DNA of 64,000 bases. It comes from Chiloscyllium plagiosum. Lineage: Eukaryota. Below, in pieces: positions 63,862 to 64,000 of the stretch (the stretch's first letter is position 1; every line of letters starts with the position of its first letter). The position numbers and the translations under genes were made by a program. The notes under the pieces are model-generated. The model searched no databases and was not told the origin of the DNA. It was given only the letters and a program-made list of their open reading frames with translations. The DNA lies in assembly GCF_004010195.1 (NCBI RefSeq), contig NC_057718.1, positions 93,101,569 through 93,165,568 on the forward strand. The letters run 5' to 3'.

Positions 63862-63894
63862 CATTCCAAGGAAAACAGGGGTCCTGAACTACAA

Positions 63895-64000
63895 TCCCAT
63901 TACAGTGGGTCTGGAGTCAATGTAGGCCTGACCATGTAAGGACAACAGTTTCCTTCCCTAAAGGACATTATTGAACAAGATTGTTCATTTCTTGACAATC
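63895..64000 (-). mobile_element. Deu-domain SINE fragment (runs off the window)
   Basis: gtgggtctggagtca...gtaaggacaacagtttccttccctaaaggacatta. Confidence 0.7.

Noticed and set aside
1..64000. CRISPR arrays, operons, retrons or other prokaryotic systems
   Set aside because: No regularly spaced repeat-spacer array and no gene-dense coding; every RT remnant belongs to a vertebrate retroelement (CR1, RTE, Gypsy).

Overview
Eukaryotic, repeat-dominated genomic DNA with no supportable host protein-coding gene. The repeat set (HE1-type V-SINEs, Deu-domain SINEs, many CR1-type LINEs) points to a shark or other elasmobranch; this is an inference. The window holds about 25 CR1 fragments (two long, with endonuclease and RT remnants, at 22.6-24.7 kb and 45.3-47.8 kb), one decayed Gypsy LTR retrotransposon (2.6-7.85 kb) plus a solo LTR, an RTE-clade relic, several SINE families and two N gaps. 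The main signal is three families of short fold-back elements, probably Penelope-like (PLE)-derived. Each carries a minimal hammerhead-ribozyme motif (CUGANGA-A-stem II-GAAA-palindrome-UH) whose stems differ between families but still pair, and several copies have 10-17 bp target-site duplications (TSDs). Two local DNA duplications are bounded by these elements: a 772-bp, ~99% identical inverted copy (16982-17753 vs 34978-35749) and a patchwork insertion at 55.9-56.1 kb. Hammerheads in PLEs are known in general; activity of these copies and their role in the duplications are untested inferences. Repeat boundaries were read by eye and are approximate unless a TSD is given.
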